The notes beneath the pieces are model-generated. The model ran no database searches and was not told where the DNA came from. It was given only the letters and a program-made list of their open reading frames with translations. From Bryobacterales bacterium (GTDB lineage: Bacteria; Acidobacteriota; Terriglobia; Bryobacterales; UBA6623), in assembly GCA_965204095.1 (NCBI GenBank), contig OZ241991.1:2640290-2704289 (forward strand): DNA of 64,000 nucleotides. The letters are read 5' to 3'. The position numbers were made by a program, and so were the translations under genes. Of the stretch, positions 7,814 through 17,921 are shown one piece after another. The stretch's first letter is position 1. Each line of letters starts with the position of its first letter.

Positions 7814-10228
7814 ATGACGGCCCGACTCCTCTTCGCCGCCCTCCTGGTGCAATCCGCGCTGCTCGCGGCGGCTCCCTCGCTCACGCGTCTGGAACCCCGC
7901 GGCGGCCAACGAGGACAAGCCGTCAAGCTGACGCTGGTCGGGCGCGGCCTCGGAGATGCCTCCGAGATCGAGACCAGAATCCCGGGCGCCGTCACGCCGC
8001 TGTCTCCGCCGAAGAATCCCATGCAGCGCGGCCGGGAACTACCCTTCCTGGTCGAAATCGCTCCCGAAGCTGCCGTTGGCATATACCCCGTCCGCGTCAA
8101 GTCCCCCAACGGCCTGTCGAACATCCTGCTCTTCACCGTGGGCGCGTTTCCCGAGGTCGCGGAAGCCGAATCGAGCCGGACCGGCCCTGTCAATGACTCC
8201 GCCGGCCAGGCGCAACCCGTTGAGACGCCCGTCATCGTCAACGGCACTCTCTACGGCCCCGACCGTGACTACTACCGCATCGAGGCAGCGAAGCGCGAGC
8301 GGCTCGTCATTGAAGTGGAAGCGCGCCGCGTCGGCTCGGCCGTCGATCCGCTGATTCAGGTGCTCGACTCGTCCGGTCGCCGGCTCGCCTGGAACGACGA
8401 CGCCCCCGGAATCGGCATCGATGCCCGCGTCGAAGTGGAGTTCCCGGAAGCCGGCTCGTACTTCATCGCGGTGCGGGACTCAAAGTTCAGCAAGCAGGAG
8501 CAGGACTACTACCGCCTCAAGATCGGTAAGTTCGCCTACGCCGAAGGCCTGTATCCGCTCGGATGGCGGCGCGGCGGCGAAACGGCTGTCGAGTTCCTCG
8601 GCGGAAACCTTGATGCGCCGGTCGGAACGAACATCGACCTATCCAGCGAGCAGTTGGCCGCCGAGTTCGCCATGTTGCACGTCCCCGGCATGCCGGGAGC
8701 CCTGCCCATGCCCTTCGTCCTGAGCGGCCAATCCGAAGCCTTGGAAACCGCCGGGGTGAAGACCGTCCTCGATCCCGAGACCTGGATGAACGGCCGCATC
8801 GCCAAGCCCGGCGAAGTCGATACCTACGTCCTCGAGGTGAAGCCCGAGGAGCACTGGTATATCGAGCTGCACGCTACCACGCTGGGAACGTCGCGGCTCT
8901 ACGGTGTCCTCACTGCGCGCTTGCCCGGCGGGGAACAGATGATGTCCACGCAGAACCTGACCGCCGAGGAAAAACTGTCCAACCTCGACGTCTCGCAAGA
9001 CACCGGCATCGATCAGTTCCTTTCCTTCCGGACCTCGGACGCCCAGGACGAGATCCATATCGAAGTCGAAGATCTGCTCGGCCGCGGCGGACCCGGCTTC
9101 GGCTACCGCATCATCGCCCGCCGCCAGAGCGGCGACTTCACCCTCACGCTCCGCAGCCACGAGGTGAACGTCCCGACGAACGGAACGGCTCTCGTCATCG
9201 TGAACGCCGAGCGGCGTGGTTATGACGGTCCGATCCGACTTTTCGTCCCCGAAATCCCCGACGGCCTCGTCGCCGAAGGCGGCAACATGCCGCTCTATGA
9301 GATCGCCGGCAGCACCCGTCAGGGATCGTCGGCTTTGTTGACGCTGACCCACAAACCGGGCGCCGAGCTGCGTGACGCCGCTTTGCGGATCTGGGGCGAA
9401 GCCGAGATCGCTGGCCGGCTCGTCCGCCGCCGCGCCCGCGGACCGGGGCTCGAGGTCAATGTCCAGAGCGACAACGAGATCCGGCGGCTGGGCAGCGGCT
9501 TCAGCAGCGCCAACGTGGCGCCTTGGTTGGGAGCCGATCTTCCCGTCCGCATCGTCCCCGAGCAGCCTGCCTCGATCGAGGTCACCTCGTCCCGATATAT
9601 GCGTATCATCCCCGGCCTGAAATACGAGTTGAACTGGGAGTTCCTTGCCAAGGATGACGGCATCGATCCTCCCCGGCGGATGGGCGCCAGTAAAACCCGT
9701 AACGTGCGCACATTCAACCGCCTTCGCAAGGAGGACATCGGCAAGCCTCGCGGCGTCTTCGACGTCGGAAGCCAGCTTGGTTGGGGTCCCGGAAAATACG
9801 AGATCGTTCTGGCGGCTGAGGTGAACATTGATGGCCGTAATGAGACCGTCTATGCCCCGGCGGTCACCGTCGACGTGATCCGGGCCTATGAAATCGAGCC
9901 CGAAGTCACCTCCCTGCAACCCGGCGACACAGGATATCTTGCCGCCCGCCTGAAGCGGGAACCGGGGTTTTCATCGTCGGTCGAGATCAAGCCCGAGAAC
10001 CTGCCTCTCGACGTCACCTGCGACCCGATTACCGCCGAACCCGGCATCGAAGACTTCCGGCTGCCCTGCACTGCCGGCCCCGATGCCTACCCCGGCGAAT
10101 ACGAGATCGATCTGGCGTCTTCCTCCGTCGTCATCAGCGAACAGGGCCGCCGCATCCCCATCACCCAACCCGCCGTCAAAGCCAGGCTCCAGGTTCTCCG
10201 CAAAGGAGCAAAGCTGGCGGTCCGCTGA
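7814..10228 (+). CDS. Secreted PPC-domain protein, paralog of 2898..5300
   Basis: Colinear similarity to 2898..5300 (PSLTRLEP.G..RG.AV.LTL.G.GL, YGPDRDYYRIEA...VEVEARRVGSAVDPLIQVLD, LLGRGGPGFGYRI..RRQ). Confidence 0.75.
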   Translation: MTARLLFAALLVQSALLAAAPSLTRLEPRGGQRGQAVKLTLVGRGLGDASEIETRIPGAVTPLSPPKNPMQRGRELPFLVEIAPEAAVGIYPVRVKSPNGLSNILLFTVGAFPEVAEAESSRTGPVNDSAGQAQPVETPVIVNGTLYGPDRDYYRIEAAKRERLVIEVEARRVGSAVDPLIQVLDSSGRRLAWNDDAPGIGIDARVEVEFPEAGSYFIAVRDSKFSKQEQDYYRLKIGKFAYAEGLYPLGWRRGGETAVEFLGGNLDAPVGTNIDLSSEQLAAEFAMLHVPGMPGALPMPFVLSGQSEALETAGVKTVLDPETWMNGRIAKPGEVDTYVLEVKPEEHWYIELHATTLGTSRLYGVLTARLPGGEQMMSTQNLTAEEKLSNLDVSQDTGIDQFLSFRTSDAQDEIHIEVEDLLGRGGPGFGYRIIARRQSGDFTLTLRSHEVNVPTNGTALVIVNAERRGYDGPIRLFVPEIPDGLVAEGGNMPLYEIAGSTRQGSSALLTLTHKPGAELRDAALRIWGEAEIAGRLVRRRARGPGLEVNVQSDNEIRRLGSGFSSANVAPWLGADLPVRIVPEQPASIEVTSSRYMRIIPGLKYELNWEFLAKDDGIDPPRRMGASKTRNVRTFNRLRKEDIGKPRGVFDVGSQLGWGPGKYEIVLAAEVNIDGRNETVYAPAVTVDVIRAYEIEPEVTSLQPGDTGYLAARLKREPGFSSSVEIKPENLPLDVTCDPITAEPGIEDFRLPCTAGPDAYPGEYEIDLASSSVVISEQGRRIPITQPAVKARLQVLRKGAKLAVR

Positions 10229-10232
10229 CCAG

Positions 10233-10411
10233 CCTGCATGTCTCGCCACGAGGTGAGGTGAAGTGCGTGAGAGGGCCGCGTCACGACGAGGCGCTAGCCG
10301 CTTGGCGCGCGCAGGCGTACTTGAACAGTACATCGAGCACGGCAAGCAAGCGCAACGAAGTCATGGCGGTCGTATCGCGTGCTTCGGCCGTCAGATGGTG
10401 AGAAATGCAGG
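10233..10411 (+). repeat. Hairpin repeat family, copy 1 (full core, 179 bp)
   Basis: Left end cctgcatgtctcgccac, right end ggtgagaaatgcagg, central GC palindrome and GTACTTGAACAGTAC. Starts 5 nt after the 7814..10228 stop. Confidence 0.9.
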
Positions 10412-10451
10412 CTTGTCGCTGGACGCCGACAACATGGCCTTTAAGGTTTTT

Positions 10452-10475
10452 CACGAATCACGATTCACGAAACAC
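10452..10475 (+). repeat. CACGARW heptad tract (3 units) preceded by GGTTTTT
   Basis: cacgaat cacgatt cacgaaa read directly. Confidence 0.8.
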
Positions 10476-10539
10476 CTTGGAACCAGGCCACCTGCCCCCG
10501 GTTGATTCGGAGCCCTTGCTTCACTCACAATAGTGACCT

Positions 10540-10782
10540 ATGGCCGCAACGCAAGTGGATTTCGACAACTTCATCGGGCGTTCCTGGGACCGCCTCGACC
10601 TCGCCGAGCGCGAACTGCTCTACGGTTCCTGCATCGCTCGCGAGATCTACACGCCGCAGACGTTGCCGCTCCAGCGCATCGAGGCGATCGGCGATTCCGT
10701 CGAGGCCTGTGTCGCCAAACTCCAGGAACGGAACCTCGATCCGCTGAACTTCGAGTTCGTTCGGCTCGATCCGCCCTACTAG
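10540..10782 (+). CDS. Small hypothetical protein (80 aa)
   Basis: This frame has strong GC3 codon bias compared with overlapping ORFs. No recognisable motif. Confidence 0.5.
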   Translation: MAATQVDFDNFIGRSWDRLDLAERELLYGSCIAREIYTPQTLPLQRIEAIGDSVEACVAKLQERNLDPLNFEFVRLDPPY

Positions 10783-10855
10783 CAGCAGCCCTGCTGTCCA
10801 GCTCAGGCCCCGCGGCAACCTTGACAGCCGCCGCCGCGGCCTCAATACTGGCAAG

Positions 10856-12721
10856 GTGTCGATCGTTCCACTGTTCCCTCTCCTTCTTTTTCTAGCTCTC
10901 TCCATACCCGCTCCCGCCCAGGATTGGCCTTCTTACGGCAATGATCCCGGCGGAATGCGCTACTCGCCTCTCGAGCAGATCAACAAGGAGAACGTTGGCG
11001 CGTTGGAAGTCGCCTGGGTTCATGACACCGGCGACATGAGTGACGGCACTTCGCTCCCGACACGCTCGGCGTTCGAGACGACCCCGTTGCTCGTCGACGG
11101 CGTGCTCTACGTGGTGACCGTCTTCCACCGGCTGGTGGCGCTCGACCCGGTCACCGGCAAGCAGCTCTGGGAGTTCGATCCGCGGTTTGACCGCAGCCAG
11201 CGCGTGAATCAATATCACAGCCGTGGCGTCGCCTACTGGTCTGACGAGACCCGCAAGCGCATCTTCCTCGCGGACCAGCTCGGCCGGCTCTTCTCGATCG
11301 ACACCGAAACTCACGAATCCGACCCCGGCTTCGGTGACGGCGGCATGGTCGATCTCAAGACGGGCATGTTGGTCGACCGCTACCCGCACCTTCGTTACGG
11401 GGTGACCTCGCCCGTCGCGCCTTGCGGCGACAAGGTGGTCGTCGGCGGCTGGGTGAGCGATGGGGAGCCGCAAGGCCCCAGCGGTGACGTTCGCGCCTTC
11501 GATGCCCGGACGGGAGCGTTGGCGTGGCGCTTCCACGTCGTCCCGCGTCCCGGAGAGTACGGCCACGGCACATGGAGAGACGGCTCGTGGAAAGACCGAG
11601 GCGGAACCAACGCCTGGTCCACCATGAGCGTCGACCCTGACCTCGAATGGGTCTTCGTTCCGCTGACTTCGCCCAGCACGGACTACTTCGGAGGCGACCG
11701 CAAGGGCATGAACTTGTTCGGCAATGCCGTCGTAGCCATCGACTGCAACACCGGAAAACGCCAGTGGCACTTTCAAACCATCCATCACGACCTCTGGGAT
11801 TGGGATCTTCCCGTCTACCCCAATCTTGTCGACGTTGTTCGTGACGGCAAGAAAATCCCGGCGGTCGCTCAAATCACCAAGACCGGCTTCATCTTCGTCC
11901 TCGACCGTATCACGGGGCGGCCGCTGTTCCCCGTCGAAGAGAGGCCTGTCGAATCGAGCAATGTGCCCGGCGAGGAATCCTGGCCGACGCAGCCGTTTCC
12001 GGTGAAGCCGCCGTCGTTCGCACGGCAGTCCATGACTCGCCAAGAGATCACCGATGTAACCCCCGAGTCCCGCGCCGAGTGCATGGAGATGATCGACAAC
12101 GCCTACTTCGACGGTCCCATGTTTCGCGCCATTCGCGAACAGCTCACCATCCAGTTCCCCGGTACGAACGGAGGCGCCAACTGGGGCGGCGGCTCCTTTG
12201 ATCCGACCGAAGGCGTGCTCTTCGTGAATTCGATGGACGTCGGCGCGCCCAAGCGCATGGTGAAACGCCCGGAGGGATCCAAGGTCCCCTACCGCAGCCG
12301 CGGAACGAGGTTTGGCCGCTTCTGGGACTCGAATATGTACCCCTGCCAGAAACCGCCCTGGGGACACCTCACGGCCGTCGATCTCAACACCGGCGAGTTT
12401 CGCTGGCGCGTGGTTCTCGGTGAAATCGACGATCTCACCAAACGCGGCATTCCCAAGACCGGAACGTCGAACCTGGGCGGCCCGATTGTCACAAAGGGTG
12501 GACTCGTCTTCATCGCCGCGACCAACGACAGACGATTCCGCGCCTTCGACAAAGACACCGGCGAACAGCTTTGGGAAACCCGTCTCCCCGCCAGCGGCCA
12601 CGCCACTCCCATGACCTATCAGGGGCGAGACGGCAAGCAGTACGTTGTCATCGCAGCCGGCGGCGGCAACAAGTACAACAGCGACTTCAGCGGTAAAGTC
12701 GTTGCCTTCGCGCTGCCGTGA
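10856..12721 (+). CDS. PQQ-dependent dehydrogenase (glucose/quinate-like beta-propeller), secreted
   Basis: Signal peptide, then DWPSYGNDPGGMRYSPLEQIN, HHDLWDWD and repeated W-motif blades. Confidence 0.9.
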   Translation: MSIVPLFPLLLFLALSIPAPAQDWPSYGNDPGGMRYSPLEQINKENVGALEVAWVHDTGDMSDGTSLPTRSAFETTPLLVDGVLYVVTVFHRLVALDPVTGKQLWEFDPRFDRSQRVNQYHSRGVAYWSDETRKRIFLADQLGRLFSIDTETHESDPGFGDGGMVDLKTGMLVDRYPHLRYGVTSPVAPCGDKVVVGGWVSDGEPQGPSGDVRAFDARTGALAWRFHVVPRPGEYGHGTWRDGSWKDRGGTNAWSTMSVDPDLEWVFVPLTSPSTDYFGGDRKGMNLFGNAVVAIDCNTGKRQWHFQTIHHDLWDWDLPVYPNLVDVVRDGKKIPAVAQITKTGFIFVLDRITGRPLFPVEERPVESSNVPGEESWPTQPFPVKPPSFARQSMTRQEITDVTPESRAECMEMIDNAYFDGPMFRAIREQLTIQFPGTNGGANWGGGSFDPTEGVLFVNSMDVGAPKRMVKRPEGSKVPYRSRGTRFGRFWDSNMYPCQKPPWGHLTAVDLNTGEFRWRVVLGEIDDLTKRGIPKTGTSNLGGPIVTKGGLVFIAATNDRRFRAFDKDTGEQLWETRLPASGHATPMTYQGRDGKQYVVIAAGGGNKYNSDFSGKVVAFALP

Positions 12722-12732
12722 GTTACGGCCAG

Positions 12733-12783
12733 CCTGAATGTCTCACCACGCGGCGAGACGAAGTGCGTGAGAGGGCCGTCAGA
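12733..12783 (+). repeat. Hairpin repeat family, copy 2 (left arm only)
   Basis: cctgaatgtctcaccacgcggcgagacgaagtgcgtgagagggccgtcag, lying between convergent stop codons (12721 and 12807). Confidence 0.85.
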
Positions 12784-12806
12784 AGTGAGTTATGTAGGCT
12801 GGACCG

Positions 12807-14399
12807 TCAGTCCATCAACGCGAAGGTCATGATCGCTTCGCCGGCCGCCACCGCCACGTATTGTTTCCCGCGGAACCGATAGGTGATCGGCGCAGCCGCT
12901 ACCGACCCGCCAGACTGAAACTTCCAGAGCACCTTGCCCGTCTCGGCGTCGAACGCCGTCACGTATCCCTGCGGGTCTCCTCCGAACACCAGCCCTCCCG
13001 CCGTCGCCAGCAAGCCGCTGCTCGGATTGGACACCATCTCGTAGCGCCACTTCGTTTCTCCGGTCACCGGGTCCAGGGCGACGATGGACCCTGTTGCGGG
13101 TTCGTCGGGGACGCCGCCCACCGTGCTGGCCTGGTACCACTGCCCTTTGATGTATCCCTGTGTCGTCCTGTAGTAGATATGGCATCCATCGATCGAATCG
13201 AAGTAATACAGCCCAGTCTGCGGGCTGTACGCCGTTGGGTGCCAGTTATGCCCTCCGCCCAATCCCGGGCAGGCGACGTTGCCTTCCTCTGTCGGGTCCT
13301 TCCCAGGAATCAGAATCGGCCGGCCTTTCGCGTCGATCCCGTCCGCCCAGGTGACCATCGTATAGGCGCGCGCCAGCAGGAACTCACCCGTCGTTCGATC
13401 GAGTACGTAGAAGTGACCGTTGCGATTCGCCTGTATCAGCGCCTTGCGCTTCTTGCCCTCGACGTCCAGATCCACCAGGACCGGGTCGGCCACCGCATCC
13501 CAATCGTGCACGTCATGGGGTGTGAACTGGAAATGCCACTTCAGCGTACCCGTATCGGCGTCGAGCGCCACGACGCTGCACGTGTAGAGGTTATCGCCGG
13601 GCCGCACATCACCATTCATGTCAGGCCCCGGATTGCCGGTGCCCCAATAGATCAGGTTCAGTTCCGGATCGTACGTCCCCGTAATCCAGGTCGACCCGCC
13701 CCCGCGCTTCCACGAGTCGCCGCCCCAGGTCTCGTGTCCCGGCTCACCCGGACCCGGAACCGTCCAGAACCGCCAAACGCGGTCTCCGGTCTTGGCGTCG
13801 TAGGCATCCAGAAAATCTCGCGTGCCGAACTCCGCCCCCGCGATCCCCACCAGGACCATGTTCTTGACGATCAGCGGCGCGGCGGTCGCCGAATAGCCCT
13901 CCTTGTAGTCCGCAACGACCTTCTCCCACAGAACATCGCCGGTCTTGGCGTCGAGCGCCACGAGAGTCGCTCCGAAGTTCACCTTGTAGAGCGTGTCACC
14001 CAGAATCGCGAACCCGCGGTTGGGCCGCGCGCAGCAGCCCTGGGCTTCTTTCGCCGGCTTCTTCGAGTAATGCCACAGCTCTCGCCCGGTCAGCAGATCC
14101 AGCGCCCAGGCGTGGTTGTTGTGGCCGGTCACGTACATGACGCCGTCGCTGACCAGCGGGGTCGTCTGGAGCCGGCCGGAAACGCCGGTCTGGAAAACCC
14201 ACGAAGGCGCCAGGCGCTTCACGGTGCGGGTGCTGATCTCGTCCAGCTCGCTGTAGCGCCATCCGGAGTAGTTCCGGCCGTACGTCAGCCACGACTCCGC
14301 ATCGCCTTGCGCATCGAGCAACATCTGGTTCGTGACGTCCCCGGCGAAAGCTCCGGCCGCGGAGAGCATGCCCAGAAGCAAGATGACGCTGCCTCTCAT
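12807..14399 (-). CDS. PQQ-dependent alcohol dehydrogenase family protein (quinoprotein), secreted
   Basis: ORF 12807..14453. Start chosen at 14399, with GGAGGA upstream and MRGSVILLLGMLSAAGAFA signal. Shows WLTYGRNYSGWRYS, vicinal GCCARPNRG and FTPHDVHDWD. Confidence 0.9.
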   Translation of the reverse strand: MRGSVILLLGMLSAAGAFAGDVTNQMLLDAQGDAESWLTYGRNYSGWRYSELDEISTRTVKRLAPSWVFQTGVSGRLQTTPLVSDGVMYVTGHNNHAWALDLLTGRELWHYSKKPAKEAQGCCARPNRGFAILGDTLYKVNFGATLVALDAKTGDVLWEKVVADYKEGYSATAAPLIVKNMVLVGIAGAEFGTRDFLDAYDAKTGDRVWRFWTVPGPGEPGHETWGGDSWKRGGGSTWITGTYDPELNLIYWGTGNPGPDMNGDVRPGDNLYTCSVVALDADTGTLKWHFQFTPHDVHDWDAVADPVLVDLDVEGKKRKALIQANRNGHFYVLDRTTGEFLLARAYTMVTWADGIDAKGRPILIPGKDPTEEGNVACPGLGGGHNWHPTAYSPQTGLYYFDSIDGCHIYYRTTQGYIKGQWYQASTVGGVPDEPATGSIVALDPVTGETKWRYEMVSNPSSGLLATAGGLVFGGDPQGYVTAFDAETGKVLWKFQSGGSVAAAPITYRFRGKQYVAVAAGEAIMTFALMD

Positions 14400-14512
14400 C
14401 TTCGGTTTCCTCCTGCCATTTCTCTCGACCCGGGAGAAAATCTCCCAGCGCAATCGTGATCGAGGCGGGTTCCTGGATTCATCTGGTTGTTGACCAGCGT
14501 CTTCCGGACACC

Positions 14513-15319
14513 CTACTGGTTTCGTCGCAAGCTCACCAAGTACGCCAGGACGTCGTCAATCTCCGAACCGCTCAACATTCCCTCGTACGACGGCATCAGC
14601 GACTCGGGCTCCCGCTCGACAGACCGCACTTCATCCCGCAGATACGAGTGGATCTCTTCCCGCGAGTCCATCAGTTGAACGGAAAAGTTGTCGATGTTCA
14701 TCTGGCGTCCGCGGACGGCTTCGCCATCTCGCTCAACCACTGAGATTGTGTCGAACCCCTTGGCGATATTCTTGCTCGGCTCGACGAGCGATTCCCGCAG
14801 CCGGGCGAAACTGAGGGTCCGACCGATGCGGCTCAGGTTCGGCCCAAGCCGTCCGCCTGTGCCTGCAATGCGATGGCATCCGGCGCACCCCCCCTTTCCC
14901 TGATAGATCGATTCACCCCGTGAAGCATCGCCTGTCAACACCGGCGTCTCTTTGCGAGCCACCGAACGTAAGTAGGCCACGACACGCCAAATCGTGTTGT
15001 CATTCATGCGTTCGCCGAAGCCCTGCATCTCGGTGGCGCTCACACCGTCCTTTATGACTTCGAACAGATCCCCATCGCTGTCACCGACCTCGTAGACGCC
15101 CAACGTAAGGTCCGGCCCGGAGCCCCCTGCAGCCCCGATCCCATGACAGGGAGCACAGTAGATGCGGAAGGTGGCGCGGCCCGTGTCGATGTCGTCCGCA
15201 CTGTTGTGGAAGGGGTTCGTTCTGCTGGGCTGCGCGGAACAGACGGATGCCGCCATCAAAACCAGGAAAACAGAACGTACCACGGTTGCAAGGATACGTC
15301 CGCAACCGACCGCTGTCAA
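14513..15319 (-). CDS. Di-haem cytochrome c with C-terminal Pirellula/Verrucomicrobium-type haem-binding-like domain
   Basis: Signal peptide, CAPCHG and CAGCHR, and C-terminal ...SLMPSYEGMLSGSEIDDVLAYL. Lies upstream of the quinoprotein on the same strand. Confidence 0.85.
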   Translation of the reverse strand: MTAVGCGRILATVVRSVFLVLMAASVCSAQPSRTNPFHNSADDIDTGRATFRIYCAPCHGIGAAGGSGPDLTLGVYEVGDSDGDLFEVIKDGVSATEMQGFGERMNDNTIWRVVAYLRSVARKETPVLTGDASRGESIYQGKGGCAGCHRIAGTGGRLGPNLSRIGRTLSFARLRESLVEPSKNIAKGFDTISVVERDGEAVRGRQMNIDNFSVQLMDSREEIHSYLRDEVRSVEREPESLMPSYEGMLSGSEIDDVLAYLVSLRRNQ

Positions 15320-15597
15320 TGAGGCCCAGCATGCAGGAGCGGCAAATGCATGGCTGCCTTCTCATGCTCTTCAGCCATCAGGCAAATGGATATCCAGGCG
15401 GGGCCGCCGGCGCCCCGTACTCGCCGCCGGATGTCGTCCGAATCCGCTCATGACTTTGCGCTTCCCCAACATCGGGACCTCTCAAGGCTTCCCAATCTGA
15501 CATTCCGGGGACACCCCGGGGAGCATCCGAGCAGACTCATGGAGGACGAGAACGCTAAACTCGAAGTTTCGGCTTCTGCCGAATTGCCACCCCGCCA

Positions 15598-16971
15598 ATG
15601 ATCGTAATGAAATTCGGCGGCAGCTCGATCGAGAGCGCCGACGCCGTACAGCGCGTAACCGGCATCATCGCCGGACGTGCCCAACGCCCGCTTCTCGTCG
15701 TCGTTTCCGCCATGGGAAAGACGACGGACCGCCTGATTGAAATCGGCCATACCGCTGCTACCGGAGACATCGACGGCGCGCTTCGAAAGCTCAACAGCCT
15801 GCGTGAGTTTCACGCCGTTGAAACGGCAAGCGTCGTCGCGCCACAGGCCGAAGTAGCCCTCGAAAAACACTTTGATGACCACTTTCATGAACTGGCGGAG
15901 TTGCTGCGCGGCCTCTCGATCTTGGGCGAGTTGAGCGCCCGGTCGCTGGATGTCCTGTCGAGCTACGGCGAGCGCCTTTCCAGCAGGGTCATCACCGAAG
16001 CGCTGCGAGCGCGGGGCCTTGCGGCCGAACATATCGACGCGCGCGAGGTCATTGTCACCGACGACCGCTTCGGCGAAGCCTCGCCGCTCGTCGATGAAAC
16101 GAATGCGCGGCTCGCCCGGCTGGTCCGGCCGCTCATCGACGCTGGCAAGATCCCTGTTATGGGAGGCTTCATCGCCTCCACGATGAAAGGCATCACTTCG
16201 ACACTCGGGCGCGGCGGCTCGGATTTCACGGCCTCGCTCGTCGGCGCCGGCCTGACGGCGGAGGAGATTGAAATTTGGACCGACGTCGACGGCGTTCTCA
16301 CCGCCGACCCTTCCTTGATCTCGCCGGCCCGTCGGATCCGCGTAATGTCTTTCGCCGAGGCCGCGGAACTCGCCTATTTCGGGGCGCGGGTGCTGCACCC
16401 GAGCACGATGCTCCCCGCCGTTAGGAACAACATCCCGATTCGCGTACTCAACTCCCGTAAACCTGAAGTTGAAGGCACTTTGATCGTGGCCGAGCATGCG
16501 GACGGTCAATCGATCATCAAGTCCATCGCTTACCAGCAAGGCATCACCGTCGTCGAGGTGCGCTCGACCCGGATGCTGATGGCTCACGGCTTCCTCGCGA
16601 AGATCTTCGAAGTGTTCGACCGCTACGAGACCTCCGTCGACATGGTCACTACGTCCGAGGTCAGCGTTTCGCTGACGATCGACGACACGACTCACCTCCC
16701 CGCCATGGTTCAGGAGTTGCAGCAGTTCGCCGAGGTGACCCCCGTATCCGATCAGGGCATCGTCTGCGTCGTGGGCGACAACATCGGTTATACTCCGGGA
16801 ATTGCGGCACGGATCTTCCAGGCTCTCGAGCAGATCAACATTCGGATGATCTCGCAGGGCGCGTCGCGGCTGAACGTGAGTTTGGTCGTTGATGAGAAGG
16901 ATCTCCGGAGGACCGTGGAGGCGCTGCACGCGACGTTCTTCTCGCAAGTCAACGAGAAAGTCTTCGCCTAG
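15598..16971 (+). CDS. lysC: Aspartate kinase
   Basis: MIVMKFGGSSI..., SAMGKTTD and a C-terminal ACT-like region. Confidence 0.95.
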   Translation: MIVMKFGGSSIESADAVQRVTGIIAGRAQRPLLVVVSAMGKTTDRLIEIGHTAATGDIDGALRKLNSLREFHAVETASVVAPQAEVALEKHFDDHFHELAELLRGLSILGELSARSLDVLSSYGERLSSRVITEALRARGLAAEHIDAREVIVTDDRFGEASPLVDETNARLARLVRPLIDAGKIPVMGGFIASTMKGITSTLGRGGSDFTASLVGAGLTAEEIEIWTDVDGVLTADPSLISPARRIRVMSFAEAAELAYFGARVLHPSTMLPAVRNNIPIRVLNSRKPEVEGTLIVAEHADGQSIIKSIAYQQGITVVEVRSTRMLMAHGFLAKIFEVFDRYETSVDMVTTSEVSVSLTIDDTTHLPAMVQELQQFAEVTPVSDQGIVCVVGDNIGYTPGIAARIFQALEQINIRMISQGASRLNVSLVVDEKDLRRTVEALHATFFSQVNEKVFA

Positions 16972-17161
16972 CAGCCCATGTTGAAACCCCGCGTAGCACC
17001 GAGAGCGGCGAGGTGCCTGGCTGACAAGGCGCGACGAGGGAGTATATTGGACATATTCGACCGAGGAGCAACGCAGTTCAGCCGGGATGCATCGCCGCTT
17101 GAATGCAGCGGGGCTTTTGACATGGGCTGCTTGTACGCCTGGAGAGCCGAGCAGGCCTCTC

Positions 17162-17902
17162 ATGGACATGCCCGCTGAAGCCACATCCCGGCGCCTCGCC
17201 CTTGTCGGCTACGGCAAGATGGGCCGCATGGTCGAGAGTCTCGCTCCCGAGTTCGGCTTCGAAGTCAGCCTCAAGCTCGACGAGTTCAACAACGTCGGCG
17301 GCGAGGGCATCACCGCTGAGAGCTTCGAAGGCATCGATGTCGCGATTGACTTCTCGATTCCACCGGTTGTCGCCGACAACACCGAGAAAATCTCCGCTTT
17401 GGGTGTCAATGTGGTGATTGGGACCACGGGTTGGCTCGACCAGATCGCTCGCGTCCGCAGCGCGGTGGAGCGTGCTAACATCGGCCTTGTTTACGGCGCG
17501 AATTTCTCGGTCGGCGTGCAGGTTTTTTACCGTGTCGCGGAGGCGGCGGCGACCTTGCTGGTTACGGAAAACGACTACGATGCGTGGGCGTACGAGATCC
17601 ATCACAAGATGAAGAAAGACGCTCCATCCGGTACGTTGTTGCGGCTTGTCGAGAAGATGCAGGAAGCAGGCTACGCACGCCGGATCGATCAGGCCAGCAA
17701 CCGCGCTGGCGCAGTACCGGGAAGCCATCAGATCGGTTTCGACTCCGAGGCCGATACCATCCAGCTCATCCACACCGCGCGGAGCCGAGTCGGCTTCGCC
17801 CGCGGTGCGCTGCGCGCCGCCCGCTGGATCATCGGGCGCAAGGGGCTGTACGAGTTCTCAACGGTCTGGGACCGCATGGAGGCCGCGCCCTCGGCAAGCT
17901 GA
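17162..17902 (+). CDS. dapB: 4-hydroxy-tetrahydrodipicolinate reductase
   Basis: ORF 17087..17902 trimmed to the Met at 17162. Shows LALVGYGKMGRMV and EIHHKMKKDAPSGT. Confidence 0.9.
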   Translation: MDMPAEATSRRLALVGYGKMGRMVESLAPEFGFEVSLKLDEFNNVGGEGITAESFEGIDVAIDFSIPPVVADNTEKISALGVNVVIGTTGWLDQIARVRSAVERANIGLVYGANFSVGVQVFYRVAEAAATLLVTENDYDAWAYEIHHKMKKDAPSGTLLRLVEKMQEAGYARRIDQASNRAGAVPGSHQIGFDSEADTIQLIHTARSRVGFARGALRAARWIIGRKGLYEFSTVWDRMEAAPSAS

Positions 17903-17921
17903 ACCGCCTCGGGAGGTGATC

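Noticed and set aside
15320-15597. Lysine riboswitch upstream of lysC
   Set aside because: I could not find the L-box conserved blocks by eye. The question is left open for cmsearch, and the riboswitch is not claimed.
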